Assembly (NCBI GenBank): GCA_951406725.2
Contig: OX597830.1
Location: 40,424,001 to 40,488,000, forward strand
Source: Octopus vulgaris
Lineage: Eukaryota
Reading direction: 5' to 3'
Length of the DNA stretch: 64,000 bases
A model generated the notes under the pieces. It was not told the origin of the DNA and did no database searches. It saw only the letters and a list, made by a program, of their open reading frames with translations. Shown piece by piece: positions 26,078 through 39,322 of this stretch. How positions within the stretch are numbered: the first letter of the stretch is position 1; each line of letters begins with the position of its first letter. The translations under genes and the position numbers were made by a program.

Positions 26078-26260
26078 AATAATATTCTGTTGTATCTGGG
26101 GAGAGTCATTTTCTTTTTGTGCCTTATAATTTAACACACTCACTGGTAAAATTTCCACTTATTTCTTATTTTTATTTTCCTAAAATTTTTGTTGCGCCTT
26201 GCAACCTTTTCAATAGTCTTGAGAGTCAAGACTATTGAAAAGGTTGCAAGACACAATGAA
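26078..26260 (-). mobile_element. Short element with foldback hairpin and variant hammerhead motif (~26179-26218)
   Basis: Perfect 24-bp inverted repeat ttgcaaccttttcaatagtcttga-gag-tcaagactattgaaaaggttgcaa. Minus strand: cta TTGAAAA g gttgc-aaggc-gcaac aAAAA TTT tag. Confidence 0.5.
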
Positions 26261-26492
26261 TATGCTACAATAATTTTATCATGAAGAACATTTTAGTACC
26301 GCTTACAGTCTTTGCAACTTTTTAACTAAGTGTAAAGTATGAAAAACAATTTAATTGTGGAAAAATTAAATGAAATTTATAAAAAAATATTTCCATAGTT
26401 TTCAAATGCAAGGGACATTTTCCTTTTTTCTGTCTGTTTCTGTCTCTCCTTTTTACTCTTGTGAAGGCTTTGTAGCAGGTTGTAGGTAGTAG

Positions 26493-26555
<63 letters not shown>

Positions 26556-26560
26556 AGTTA

Positions 26561-26591
<31 letters not shown>

Positions 26592-26814
26592 TTGTTTGTT
26601 TACACATATATAGAAGTATATAAATATGTATGAATATATATGTATTGTATGTGTGTGTGTGTGTGTGTTTATCAGAATCATGAATATCATGAGTAATAAG
26701 GGTGTATGTGTTCTGAAGGAAGGACGTGCACAAATACGAAAATCCAAAATCCAATAAAACCATATTTGTGGAGGTAGATGAAGCATGTGTACATTAGGTC
26801 TCCCGATACAGACA

Positions 26815-26875
<61 letters not shown>

Positions 26876-27430
26876 CAGAAGACAATAATGGGTAAAGTCC
26901 TCACTTATATAAATATACATAGAGTGAGAAATATAATAAAAACTTCTGTTATATATTGATTTTCACAAATGGAAGAAGAAGAAGAAGAAGAAGAAGAAGA
27001 AGAAGAAGAAGAAGAAGAAGAAGAAGAAGAAGAAGAAGAAGAAGAAATGGGAGTTAAAGAGGGGATTTTTCTTCTGCTTTTCATATTTATTTGTTTATTT
27101 TTAGCTTATTTGGTCAAACTATGGAACTAGTAATTGGAACCAGTGGAGCAGAGGGTAAATGATAAAGAGGAGTGGATGGGAGTTAGGGTTCTACTACCAG
27201 TGTGCAAGAGGACAAGATAAGCCGCTCCTTGCTTGCTGGCTGATTCTATATAATGTAACAACTTCAATTTCCACCATTATTTCTGTTTGTCTTTTAGTCT
27301 GAGACCAATATCTATTTGTATGCCTATGTGAGTGTGCATGTGCACAAATATGTGCGTGTGTGTACACATACACACACATGTACAGATAGATAAATAGATA
27401 CATACACAGAGAGAAATAAGATAGATATAA

Positions 27431-27466
<36 letters not shown>

Positions 27467-27476
27467 GGTCATACAG

Positions 27477-27477
27477 G

Positions 27478-27566
<89 letters not shown>

Positions 27567-27609
27567 CCAAACAAACACATAGACACACACACACACTGAC
27601 AGATAGATC

Positions 27610-27676
<67 letters not shown>

Positions 27677-27784
27677 GGACAGACAGATGGATGGACAGAC
27701 AGACAGATAGATAGATACACAGACAGATCAATAGATAGACAGATAGACACATAAATGGATAAATAGATAGATAAATAAATAGAC

Positions 27785-27843
<59 letters not shown>

Positions 27844-27930
27844 TAGATAGATAAATAGATGGATAGACATGATAGATAGATAGACAGATTGATAGATAGA
27901 TAGAGACTGACAGACAGATAAGCAGGTATG

Positions 27931-27966
<36 letters not shown>

Positions 27967-28005
27967 TAGACAGATAAATAGATAGATAGATAGATAGATA
28001 GATAG
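27477..28005. repeat. Compound (GATA)n/(GACA)n microsatellite
   Basis: Direct reading. Similar tracts at 32371-32500 and 38255-38588. Confidence 0.95.
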
Positions 28006-28467
28006 CTATTACACACACACACATGCACAAATTATTGTAACTGTTTATACATAGACACCTGTTAATGCACATGTGCCCATGCATGGCTGTATGCACGTGT
28101 GTGTATGTGTTTCTCTGTGTTCGTTTACAAGTATTATTTTTTTGTGTGTATTCTTTTGCTGTGAGAGTTTTTGCATGTATGCATAGATGAATAAGATTCA
28201 GGGGTATTCAAGTGAGTGCCATCCAGGCATCTCTACCTCAAGCCCCCCTCTCTCACCTCCACCACCATGCTCCCCAATCAGTGAATCTATAACCAAACCA
28301 ATCTGTTTATCCTTGCAGATTTTTTTATCTAGTTATACACACACACACACATACACACACACATACACACACACACACACACACACATACACACACTCAC
28401 TCACACATGCACACACATACTAGGCATATTTACAGCTGTAGGATGAATAACAGCAATGAGAAGAAAT

Positions 28468-28903
28468 ATTTTTTCCTACTTTAAGCACAAGGCCTGAAAT
28501 TTTGGGGGAAGGGGCCAGTCGATTAGATTGACAACAGTACGCAACTGGTACTTAATTTATCGACCCCGAAAGGATGAAAGGCAAAGTCAACCTCGACAGA
28601 ATTTGAATTCAAAATGTAAAGACAGACGAAATATCGCTAAGCATTTCTCCCGGTGTGCTAGTGTTTCTGCCTTAATAAGAAGAAATATTCTTTTCTACTC
28701 TAGGCACAAGGCCCAAAATTTTGGAGAAGAGGGCCAGTCAATTAGAATGACACCAGTACACAACAGGTACTTAATTTATCGACCCTGAAAGGATGGTAGG
28801 TGAAGCCGACCTTGACGGAATTTGAACTCAGAGCATAAAGACAGACAAAATACCACTAAGCATTTCAGCCGGTCTGCTAATGTTTCTGCCAGCTTGCCGC
28901 CTT
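28468..28903 (-). mobile_element. Tandem SINE family B dimer with repeated agaagaaatatt junctions
   Basis: Two copies. Spacer (ttaata)agaagaaatatt at ~28459, 28672 and 28902. Confidence 0.8.
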
Positions 28904-28989
28904 AATAAGAAGAAATATTGGGATAGAAATGTATGAGGCAATGGTAGGCAGTTGATAGATAGCAATTTAGTTAAGTGAAAAAAAATATA

Positions 28990-29122
28990 CGCGGCTGTGT
29001 GATAAGAAGCTCGCTTCCCAACCAAATGGTACTGGGTTCAGTGCCACTGTATGGCACTTTGGGCAAGTGTCTTCTACTATAGCTTTGTGGATTTGGTAGA
29101 TGGAAAATGAAAGTAGCCTGTG

Positions 29123-29159
<37 letters not shown>

Positions 29160-29390
29160 CCGTCTGTCTTTGGGTCTGTGTTTGTCCGCCATCACCTGCT
29201 TAACAACCAGTGCTGGTATGTCTATGTTCCTGTAACTTAGCAGTTCAGCAAAAGAGCAATGAAATAAGTACCAGGCCTATAAAGAAAACTAAGTACTGGG
29301 GTCAATTTATTCAATTAAGCTTCTTCAAGGTGGTGCCCCAGCATGGTCGCAGTCTAATGACTGAAGGAAATTAACGATAAAAGCTAAAGA
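28990..29390 (+). mobile_element. SINE family A, diverged
   Basis: Consensus match. Confidence 0.75.
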
Positions 29391-29413
29391 CACATGCACA
29401 TACATGCACACAC

Positions 29414-29446
<33 letters not shown>

Positions 29447-29722
29447 CATACATACATAATTGAAAAATTTGGAGTCAACAAGAAGGGGTACGGTTGGACA
29501 TTTATTTTTTAATCCCTACAATTGTTTCCATGCTACATAGTTCTCCAGGTGTGCAGGTACTTGATTATGCAACTGTTTCCTTGTATTGCCAAACTGTATT
29601 GCCAAAGGCGGTCCTACCCCATATTAAAATAAATTTCAGTTCTATATTAAAGAGATGAGGAATTATGTACTTATTTACATTATTTACATCTGACGGATAT
29701 TTATCTCATCTTGTTTGTTGTT

Positions 29723-29767
29723 AACACAACGTTTCGGCTGATATACCCACCAGCCTTCATCAGGTGC
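29723..29767 (-). ncRNA. Minimal type I hammerhead ribozyme motif (intact core)
   Basis: gcac CTGATGA a ggctg-gtgggtatat-cagcc GAAAC GTT gtgt(t). Palindromic ACGU stem III. Confidence 0.75.
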
Positions 29768-29897
29768 AATGGGGAAATTTCGAATCTGGGTTCTCATTCC
29801 TAATAATAATAATGATAATGATAATAATAATAACAACAACAACAACAGCATAAAAAAATACCTTAGGAATGAGAACCCAGGTTCAAAATTTCCCCAA

Positions 29898-29943
29898 GAC
29901 ACCTGATGAAGGCTGGAGGGTATATCAGCTGAAACGTTGTGTT
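29898..29943 (+). ncRNA. Minimal type I hammerhead ribozyme motif (intact core)
   Basis: gacac CTGATGA a ggctg-gagggtatat-cagct GAAAC GTT gtgtt. Confidence 0.75.
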
Positions 29944-30617
29944 AACAACGAAACAAGATGAGGACAAATATCCATCGAATGTAAATAATGTAAAATAAAT
30001 TTGTTTGAAATTTTAAGGCGTTTCCATTATTTTGTCCAACCCCTGTATATATATGATAGTCATAACTGAAATGTGCTGCATCATGTCATTATTTAATCAG
30101 GGCTGACTAGAAGGTAAACAGCATCAACAACAACAACAGTAACAACAGCAATGGAGGCACAATGGCCCAGTAGTTAGGACAGCGGACTCACAGTCATAAG
30201 AACGCGGTTTCGATTCCCAGACTAGGCATTGTGAGTGTTTATGAGCAAAAACACTTAAGCTCCACGAGGCTCCAGAGGGGCCCTATTGTACTCTTTTACC
30301 ACAATTTTCTCTCACTCTTTCTTCCTACTTCTGCCATAAAGCAGAGGAACCATGGTGTAACCCACTATGGTATGGTAAAACTTTCAGACCCTAGTCTAGA
30401 TTGCGAATCCTCTGTACTCCAGGATGGTTCAGCTCTCCACCCATTAAAAGCCACCGTTTACAGAATGAGGATGACAACGTAGCTTTCGCACCCATGCAAC
30501 CACCAGTCTATCACGTGTGGTGGGTGGATCTTCAAGTTTCCACACACATTCTTAGTAGCTTAGGATAGGCTTGAATGAGAGATTATTCTTTGTGGCTAAT
30601 GGCGTGAGTCCTGATTG

Positions 30618-30791
30618 GAAGAAGAAGAAGAAGAAGAAGAAGAAGAAGAAGAAGAAGAAGAAGAAGAAGAAGAAGAAGAAGAGGAGGAGGAGGAAGAAGA
30701 AGAAGAAGAAGAAGAAGAAGAAGAAGAAGAAGAAGAAGAAGAAGAGAAGAAGAAGAAGAAGAAGGAAGAAGAAGAGGAAGAGGAAGAAGAA

Positions 30792-30823
<32 letters not shown>

Positions 30824-31011
30824 AGAAGAAGAGGAGGAGGAGGAGGAGGAAGAAGAAGAAGAAGAAGAAGAAGAAGAAGAGGAAGAGGAAGAAGAAGAAG
30901 AAGAAGAAGAAGAGGAAGAGGAAGAAGAAGAAGAAGAAGAAGAAGAGGAAGAGGAAGAGGAAGAAGAAGAAGAAGAAGAAGAAGAAGAAGAAGAAGAAGA
31001 AGAAGAAGAAG
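30618..31011. repeat. ~390 bp pure-purine (GAA)n/(GAG)n tract
   Basis: Direct reading. Shorter GAA tracts at 26972-27046 and 33430-33530. Confidence 0.95.
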
Positions 31012-31127
31012 ACGACAACAGCAGCACCATAGTCCATATGTTTAATACAGAAGAGTACATTTTGTAAGGAATTTTTCTCAGAACAGCGGATCTGGATTCT
31101 TACATGTTCTCAATAAGAAGATGTAAA

Positions 31128-31917
31128 CATGGCTGTGTAGTTAAGAAGCCCACTTTGCAGCTATGTGGTTTCAGGTTCAATCTTACTGTGCAGCACCCTT
31201 GGGCAAGTGTTTTCTATTATAACTCCAGACAAACCCATGCCTTGGGAGCGAATTTGGTAAACAAGAAACTTTGTAGGTCTATCTATCTGTATGTATGTAT
31301 GTATGTATGTATGTATGTATGTGTGTGTGTATGTGTGTATGTGTGTATGTATGTATATATGTTGAATGTATGTATGTATGTATTGTATGTATTTATGTAT
31401 GTATGTATGCGTGTGTATGTGTGTATGTAAATATGTTGTATGTATGTATGTATGTGTGTATGTATGTGTGTGTATGTGTGTATATATGTATGATGTATGT
31501 ATGTATGTATGTATATGTGTATGTGTGTATGTATGTATATATGTTGTATGTATGTATGTATTGTATGTATTTATGTATGTATGTATGCGTGTGTATGTGT
31601 GTATGTATGTGTGTATGTGTGTATGTATCTGTGTGTATGCGTGTATGATGTATGTATATATATATATATGTGTGTGTATGTGTGTATGTATGAGTGTGTC
31701 TTTGTATGTGTTTGTTTCCCCACCACCACTAGCTGACAACTAGTGTTGGTTTGTTTACATCCCTGTAACTTAGCAGTTCAGCAAAAGAGACCAATAAAAT
31801 AGAGACATACAAGGAAAAAAGTAAGTACCAGGGGCAATTTGTTTAACTAAAACCCTGAAAGATGGTGCCCCAGCATGGCCACAGTCCAATGACTGAAACA
31901 AGTAAAAGCTATAAAGA
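31128..31917 (+). mobile_element. SINE family A with ~400 bp expanded internal (ATGT/GT)n
   Basis: Head at 31128 and tail at ~31900 bracket the microsatellite. Confidence 0.75.
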
Positions 31918-32370
31918 GTTGATTAGAAATATATTTGATGAGGTCAGTGGCCTCGCTATGTTCTAACATCTGTCATAGCTTTTGGCAATCACAATTTCAG
32001 AGAATTAATTTGCTGACTCTTCTGGTTCTCTGTTTATCACTGTGAATTGTATATATTTAATCTGAAATTTGTCAGAGATTATAATGATATTTTTAGTTGA
32101 TGCCACAAAATCATAGGAGACAAATATCATTTTCATCATCATTGTCGTTGTCATCGTTTAATGTCCATTTTTTCTATACTACAGCTGGAGCCCTTCCTGT
32201 CACCAACCCTCATTCGTTTCTGAGGAAATTAATGCTTCCCCATGGCCAGACATGTCTTGCACAGAAAACTGGAAACAAACAACTTCATATATATATGATC
32301 ATCATCATCAGTTATAACTATCATGTGATGTCTAGACAAGGACACACTCAAACACATACATACACATAAT

Positions 32371-32469
<99 letters not shown>

Positions 32470-32774
32470 CAAACAGAAAGACAGATAGATAGATATAGAT
32501 ATATAAACATACATATGCATACACAGATTTTATCTACTAAATCTACTAACAAGACTTTGGTCAGCCCAGGGCTATAGTAGAATTCCCTTGCCCAAGGTGT
32601 TGTGCAGTGGGACTGGACCCATGGCTATATGGTTGGAAAACAAGATTCTTAACCACACAGCCATGTCTACTAAATATGAAAGTAGAAGTAAGATACACCA
32701 TATAACCATTATTATTTTTTTTTTTTTGAATTTACTATAAATGCATTTTAAGGGATTGTTCTAGCAATTAATTC

Positions 32775-33156
32775 TCTTTTACTCTTTTACTTGTTTCAGT
32801 TATTTGACTGTGGCCATGCTGGAGCACCACCTTTATAGTCGAGCAAATCGACCCCAGAGCTTATTCTTTGTAAGCCTGGTACTTATTCTATCAGACTCTT
32901 TTGCCGAACAGCTAAGTTACGGGGACGTAAACACACCACCATCGGTTGTCAAGCATTGCTGGGGGAACAACCAGACACACAAACATACACACACATATAT
33001 ACACATATATACAGTTTCTGTTTACCAAATACACTCACAAGGCTTTGGTTAGCCCGAGGCTATAGTAGAAGACACTTGCCCAAGTTGCCATGCAGTGGGA
33101 CTGAACTCAAAACCACGTGGTTGGTAAGCAAGCTACTTACCACACAGCCACTCCTG
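32775..33156 (-). mobile_element. SINE family A, full length
   Basis: Consensus match, ~450 bp downstream of the AARSD1 exon. Confidence 0.85.
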
Positions 33157-33610
33157 TGTCTATATTAACAAAAGGAAAAAAATGGAAAAATGAAAATATC
33201 CTGAGCATCAGAAATGTTGATTTTAAACTACTTTATAAGTTTTGCCAAAGACATGGCAACTTCTCTAATGCTGGTGCCATGATAAAAGGCATCCAATATA
33301 TTTTGTAAAGTGGTTGGTTATTAGGAAAAATATCAGACTATAGAAACCATGCCAAAAATGGTTCCCAGGAGCTAAATGTAAACCTCTACTGCATCCAGGT
33401 ATGTAGAAACTCTGTATAAGACTGAATAAGAAGAGGAAGAGGGAGGAGGAGGAGGAGGAGGAGAAGGAAGAAGAAGAAGAAGAAGAAGAAGAAGAAGAAG
33501 AAGAAGAAGAAGAAGAAGAAGAAGAAGAATGATGATGAGGAGGAGGAGGAGTTGTTGTTGGTGGTGAAGGTGTGCATGTGTAGAAGATAAAGTATTTTAA
33601 CTTTTGTTAC

Positions 33611-33752
33611 CTGAGTGTTGTTGCATGTTGTCAAATCGTCGGTCCCAGTCAACAATGAGGTGCACATCTTTACCGACAGGTAACTCATTCTCGACGAAAT
33701 TCACGGCTTCCGCAGCTCGACGAGTGATGCGATGGACTGGAACAGCATCGAT
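33611..33752 (-). CDS. AARSD1: AARSD1 (AlaX alanyl-tRNA editing protein), internal coding exon
   Basis: 142 bp, acceptor atttccAG, donor G|GTAAC. Translates IDAVPVHRITRRAAEAVNFVENELPVGKDVHLIVDWDRRFDNMQQHS-G, matching the AARSD1 signature VDWERRFDHMQQHSG. Confidence 0.93.
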
Positions 33753-34015
33753 CTGGAAATAAACATCAACAACAGGTGAGAAGGGCAATGAAAGGTTTAG
33801 AAGGAACAAAAGAAGAAAACATATCTGTGTTGTGGTTTAGCCCCAGAGCAGCCAAGATCAAGCAAACGCTATGTTTGTACCTGGCCTATTTACTGGTGTT
33901 TATATTTCTAGCTAAATCACTACATGGCACCTTGGGCGAGTATTTTCTATTACAGCCCCCAGGCCAAAAAGTGTTTTGTGAATGGATTTGGTAGATGGAA
34001 ACTGAAAGAAGCTTG

Positions 34016-34052
<37 letters not shown>

Positions 34053-34100
34053 TATATGTGTATATATATTTACACATACATATATATGTATGTTTGCATG

Positions 34101-34131
<31 letters not shown>

Positions 34132-35102
34132 TCACATACATTTTTCTATTCTTTTATTTGTTTCAGTCATTTGTCTGTGGCCATGCTGGAGCACTGCCTT
34201 TAGTCGAGCAAATTGACCCTAGGACTTATTCTTTGTAAGCCTAGTACTTATTCTATCTGTCTCTTTTGCCAAACCAATTTCAAAATGCACTTCTTAACCA
34301 TTTGGCCATGCGTGCACCAACACTTCTGAAAATAACACTACTCCACCAGCACTACTGATTCTATGACATAAACTTTCTCATCAAAGTGATTTAAATTAAA
34401 ACCTCCCATCAAGCTTTCATGTTAATTTATGTTCTAAACACCAGCTTAATAATGGCAAAGTTATTTTAAAAGTTCTTCGTTATTTTCAAAATTAATTGAA
34501 ACAAACACTGTATTTCAACAGAAATATGGGGACAAAAAAAAAAGGTTAAATTATACACAAGCATATGTTCCTTCGTTATTTTCCATACATCTGCTACTCT
34601 TACTGCCACTACTAATGCTACCATTACCATCACTACTACAATTACATGTCATCATAACCTCACCACTACTGCTACTACTACAACTATATACATCGTCACC
34701 ACCACCACCACCATCACCACAACTAAGACTATTACGTATCTCACCACAACCACCACCGCCAATAACAAAATATGTAATGAGCTAAAATAGACAAGTTAGA
34801 ACTTTAAAGAACTGGAAGTTAACATGCCGACGGGACTATCAGTAGAAGTTCACTCAACAATCCGGGATAAATATATAAATTGATTTATGTTCATAAAGAG
34901 GGAGATATAAGAGAGATTAAAAAAAAAAAAACCAAACTTAATGAAATCTAGAAATAATTACAAATTTAATTATGCTACACAATGAAACAATGTTGTTCAA
35001 ATGATGAACAGTTCTTTTTAAAATACACTATATTAAATCACACACACACACATATATATATAAACATACATATATATATATATACATTTATATATATATA
35101 TA

Positions 35103-35136
<34 letters not shown>

Positions 35137-35612
35137 CATACACATTTATATATATATGTATAATGTATATACATATATATACATATATACACACACACAT
35201 ATATACATACATATATATTTATATACATATATACATACATATACATATATATATATACTTATATATATATATATATATAGTGTGCGTGTGTGTATGTATG
35301 TATGTATGTATGTATGTATACACACACACACATATATATATGTGAATGCATGCATATATATTCCAGGGGCTGACAAGCTCAACCACTTAGAATAAAGAAC
35401 TCAAAGATAATTCTGAGAGTGAATAAAAGTATTCCTGATCTATAATTATTTGTCCGACAACAGTTCCAGAAGAGACATGGGCAAAACAAAATAAATTTCT
35501 TTGGATTAACAATTATGGATTAAACCTTTATAAATTATGCTTGCTGTATTAAATAATTATTAAAAATTTAATTCTAGATTTCTGAAATGAGTTATTATTT
35601 GTATTATGTATA

Positions 35613-35825
35613 CTTTTCTATTTTAGGCACAAGGGCCGAAATTTTTGGGGAGAGGGGCCAGTTGATTAGATCGACCCCAGTATGCAACAGGTACTTAATT
35701 TATCAACCCCGAAAGGACGAAAGGCAAAGTTAACCTCAGTGGAATTTGAAATCAGAACATAATGACAGACGAAATACCGCCAAGCATTTCTCACAGCATG
35801 CTAACCTTTCTGCCAGCTCACTGTC
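35613..35825 (-). mobile_element. SINE family B
   Basis: Consensus match, flanked by the repeat ttgtattatgtatact (TSD-like). Confidence 0.8.
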
Positions 35826-35919
35826 TTTTGTATTATGTATACTGTTTGAATTCGTCAGACTGATGCCCTCATCTGACTTATATAAACTGTATACATAATA
35901 TTATTAAAAATGTATGTAT

Positions 35920-36432
35920 GTAACCCAGTACAATCTGTTGCATGGTCAGGTCGTCGGCAACTAAACCGGCAACCCCACCAAGCTTGCTTGGTGAGGAGGG
36001 TGTTTATTGGACACCCTGCGGGATGAAAAACAAAACCCGTCAAAGGGCGGAGGAACTCTTGAGAGTCAACGGCCATCCAATAAATGTCTTAAGGCTGTAT
36101 CATGCGGAGGGACGTAGAAATAATCGGACTGAATACCCGATCATGTGGTTAAACCATTGGGAGTGAAGGACTCCTATCCTTTGTTAGGGCATCCTTCTAG
36201 GAGAAGGTAACTCAGGTAACTGGGATAACTCCGACATAAAACCTGCGGCTCAGTGGTTACCGATGATGTTGACTTGTTGTTCTTTTCGGAATATGGCTGA
36301 CTCAATAGGGATTGACTCAGTGCACAGCTTTTCCTCACTTAAAAAAAAAAATCTTCCACAGGCATTGCACAATATCAACATTGATTAAGCTTCGTGCAAT
36401 GGCCATATTCAATAATGAGGGGGCAACCACCA
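35920..36432 (+). mobile_element. ~510 bp non-autonomous retroelement, copy of 8798-9318
   Basis: gtaacccagtacaatctgttgcatgg...gagggggcaaccac followed by (AT)n. Confidence 0.75.
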
Positions 36433-37067
36433 TATATATATATACACACACACTCAGGTGAGCACATGAGTGCAAAACACAGTGGAAAAAATTGAACTCA
36501 AATACCAAAGGTAGAGTAATATGCTTTTATTAAAGCCGCAAAAGAGTTTTCGTCACACCTGTCAGACAAACAGGTATGTGAAACTCTGAGTAACGTTTGT
36601 TATTTTTTTTGCAGAATTAATAAATGTATGTATACACACACACACACACACACACGTCTACAGTTGTGTGTATACATATATATTTGTTCTACATGGAAAC
36701 TCGGTTTTCTTTCCTATTTACCATTATTACCATTACCATTATTAATCTTCCTTCAATACTTTATTTAAAATTCAGACAAGCATTGTCTCTCTCTCTCTCT
36801 TTCCCTTTATGTGTGTGTGTGTGTGTGTGTGAGCATTTCTCTCTCTTTTTTTCTCACATATTCATTAAAACCTACTCTTTACCTCTCTATATCATTCTCT
36901 ATCCATCCACCTTACACACCTGTCGATTAGTGTGTCTGTTTGTCCCCTTATTTTCTTATTTCTCGTATTGGAAGCAGATTTACTTTCAAGTGTACCATAT
37001 TGAAAACATGTCAATAACTCATTTTTCAAAAATATTCTAAGCAAAAACATAGTTTATTTTTGTGTTA

Positions 37068-37116
<49 letters not shown>

Positions 37117-38136
37117 ATGTATGTGTGTATGTGCATGCATGTACATGTGAGTATGTGTGTATGTGTGTGCGTGTATGTACATGTGTGTATGTGTGCGTGT
37201 GCATGTGTGTATATAAAAATAAAATATATGTGTGTAGTAGTGGCACGCGCACACATTATTAGCCATTTGAAAAGACTATGAAAGTCTCGACCACGGTCGA
37301 ACAATGATGATGATGATTATTGAGATCTGTACAGAAATTTCCCAGTATATCCACAAGTCTTCTGTTGCATAGATTCCTCCCTTGTTTTTGAAAAAATATT
37401 AAATGCAGCTGATGTCAGAATTAGTAAAGTGACAAAGTGCCTTGTGGTGTTTAAATATATCTCCTTCCTTCATTTTCTGAGGTTAACTGAGATCAACCTT
37501 GTTGTGGATCCTCCAGGAGTTGATGAAATCTTTTCTCTTTTATTTGTTTCTGTCACTGGATTGTGGCCATGCTGGGGCACCACATTGAAGGATTAACAAA
37601 TCGATCCCAGGGCTATTTTAAAACCTGGTAATTATTCTATCAGTCTCTTTTGGTGAATTACTAGGTTTCAAGGATATAAACAAACCAACACCAGAGGCCA
37701 AGCAGTAAAGAGGACAATCACAAACACAACAACACACACACACATACAATGGGCTTCTTTCAGTTTCCATATACTAAATCCACTCATAAGACCTTGATCA
37801 ATCCAGTCATGATCAATGCAACAATCACACACTACATATGTTACTTCCAAGCACTGCTGTAAACAGTGAAAACGAGCTGGAACATTAAAACTTAGTGCAC
37901 ATAAACAGCAAAGTTCAAGGTCAATCTCTGCAGAGCGGCTTCACTCTGCGTACTTTAGCTTCATTACTATGGCAACAGTCAGGATACTTATTGATCAGAC
38001 CTTGTATATATATATATATATATATATATAAATTAATCCTCCCAAAACGGAGAAAAAAACACAAGAAAAAAACAACAATAGAAGGACATGGTATATGCAA
38101 AGTATTAATATGGCGTTCAGGGTAGGAATGAAAGGG

Positions 38137-38173
38137 TGCTTTACGTTTCAAGCAAAGCTCTTCTTCAGAAACA
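38137..38173 (-). ncRNA. Minimal type I hammerhead ribozyme motif (intact core) in element 38030-38215
   Basis: tgttt CTGAAGA a gagc-ttt-gctt GAAAC GTA aagca. 5-bp stem I, ACGU palindrome, GUA triplet. Confidence 0.72.
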
Positions 38174-38258
38174 GGAGACAGAGGAAAGTCCAAGAGAAAA
38201 AGAAGACGGAGGACACACACACACACAGAGGAGGGGAAACAGGTAGGCAGGCAGATAG

Positions 38259-38309
<51 letters not shown>

Positions 38310-38482
38310 GACAGAGAGAGACAGACAGACAGATAGATAGATAGATAGATAGACAGAGACAGACAGACAGACAGACAGATAGACAGACAGATAGATAGAT
38401 AGATAGACAGACAGATAGATAGATAGGTAGAGAGAGAGAGAGAGAGAGATAGATAGACAGATATATAAATAGATAGACAGAC

Positions 38483-38553
<71 letters not shown>

Positions 38554-39099
38554 AAGATAGATGGATAGATGGATAGACAGATAGATAGTACTGTATCTTA
38601 TAAGAGGTAAAAACCTATTGTGAGATAGAGTATGATGGAGTGTATGGACTATGAAACCATCCCATTTCATTTTTTTTTAAACGCAATAAATGAAAATAAT
38701 TGGCTGGCTCCAACAATATCTTAAAGTGAGGAATAATAATTGACTTGATCAACATATACATGTGTGGGTGTGTGTGTGTGTGTAAATAAGAAAAATAAGA
38801 TAAAATAAAAGAAAGTTTTAAAATTATTCCTTGCCTAGAACAACACAGAAGGGGGAAAAAAACATTCAGTCAAATCAGGAAGAAAGCACGAAAAACACGC
38901 GTACACATACACACACTTGCACGCACACATTCATGTTTCTTCTCATTTCAGTGAACTTATGTTTATATATACGCTAATGTGTGCGTGCATGCGCATGTGT
39001 GTATGTGTACACACACACTCACACACATATACATGCATATATATATCTGGAGGTCACTATGTGTGTATGCATATATATATGTATGTACATGGGTGCATA

Positions 39100-39126
39100 T
39101 GTGCATATATATTTATATATATGCAC

Positions 39127-39159
<33 letters not shown>

Positions 39160-39282
39160 TATGCATACATATATACATATATATACATATATATAAATAC
39201 ATATGTACATACATATATATACATATATATAAATACATATGTACATATATATATATATACATATATATACGTAGATATATAC

Positions 39283-39322
<40 letters not shown>

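Larger units (their letters stand above)
29637..29990. mobile_element. Inverted pair of Penelope-like hammerhead tails around (AAT)n, inserted in a Tc1-like end
   Basis: Arms ~29665-29803 and ~29862-29990 are reverse complements. Perfect 12-bp TSD TAAAATAAATTT (29625-29636, 29991-30002). Host ends tccattattttgtccaacccctgTA. Confidence 0.8.

Noticed and set aside
30552-31067. Poly-K/E/F/S ORFs of ~150 aa
   Set aside because: Translations of the (GAA)n tract; no coding signal.
33597-33809. 70-aa ORF as a standalone gene
   Set aside because: Only 33611-33752 is homologous and bounded by splice sites; the rest is intron.
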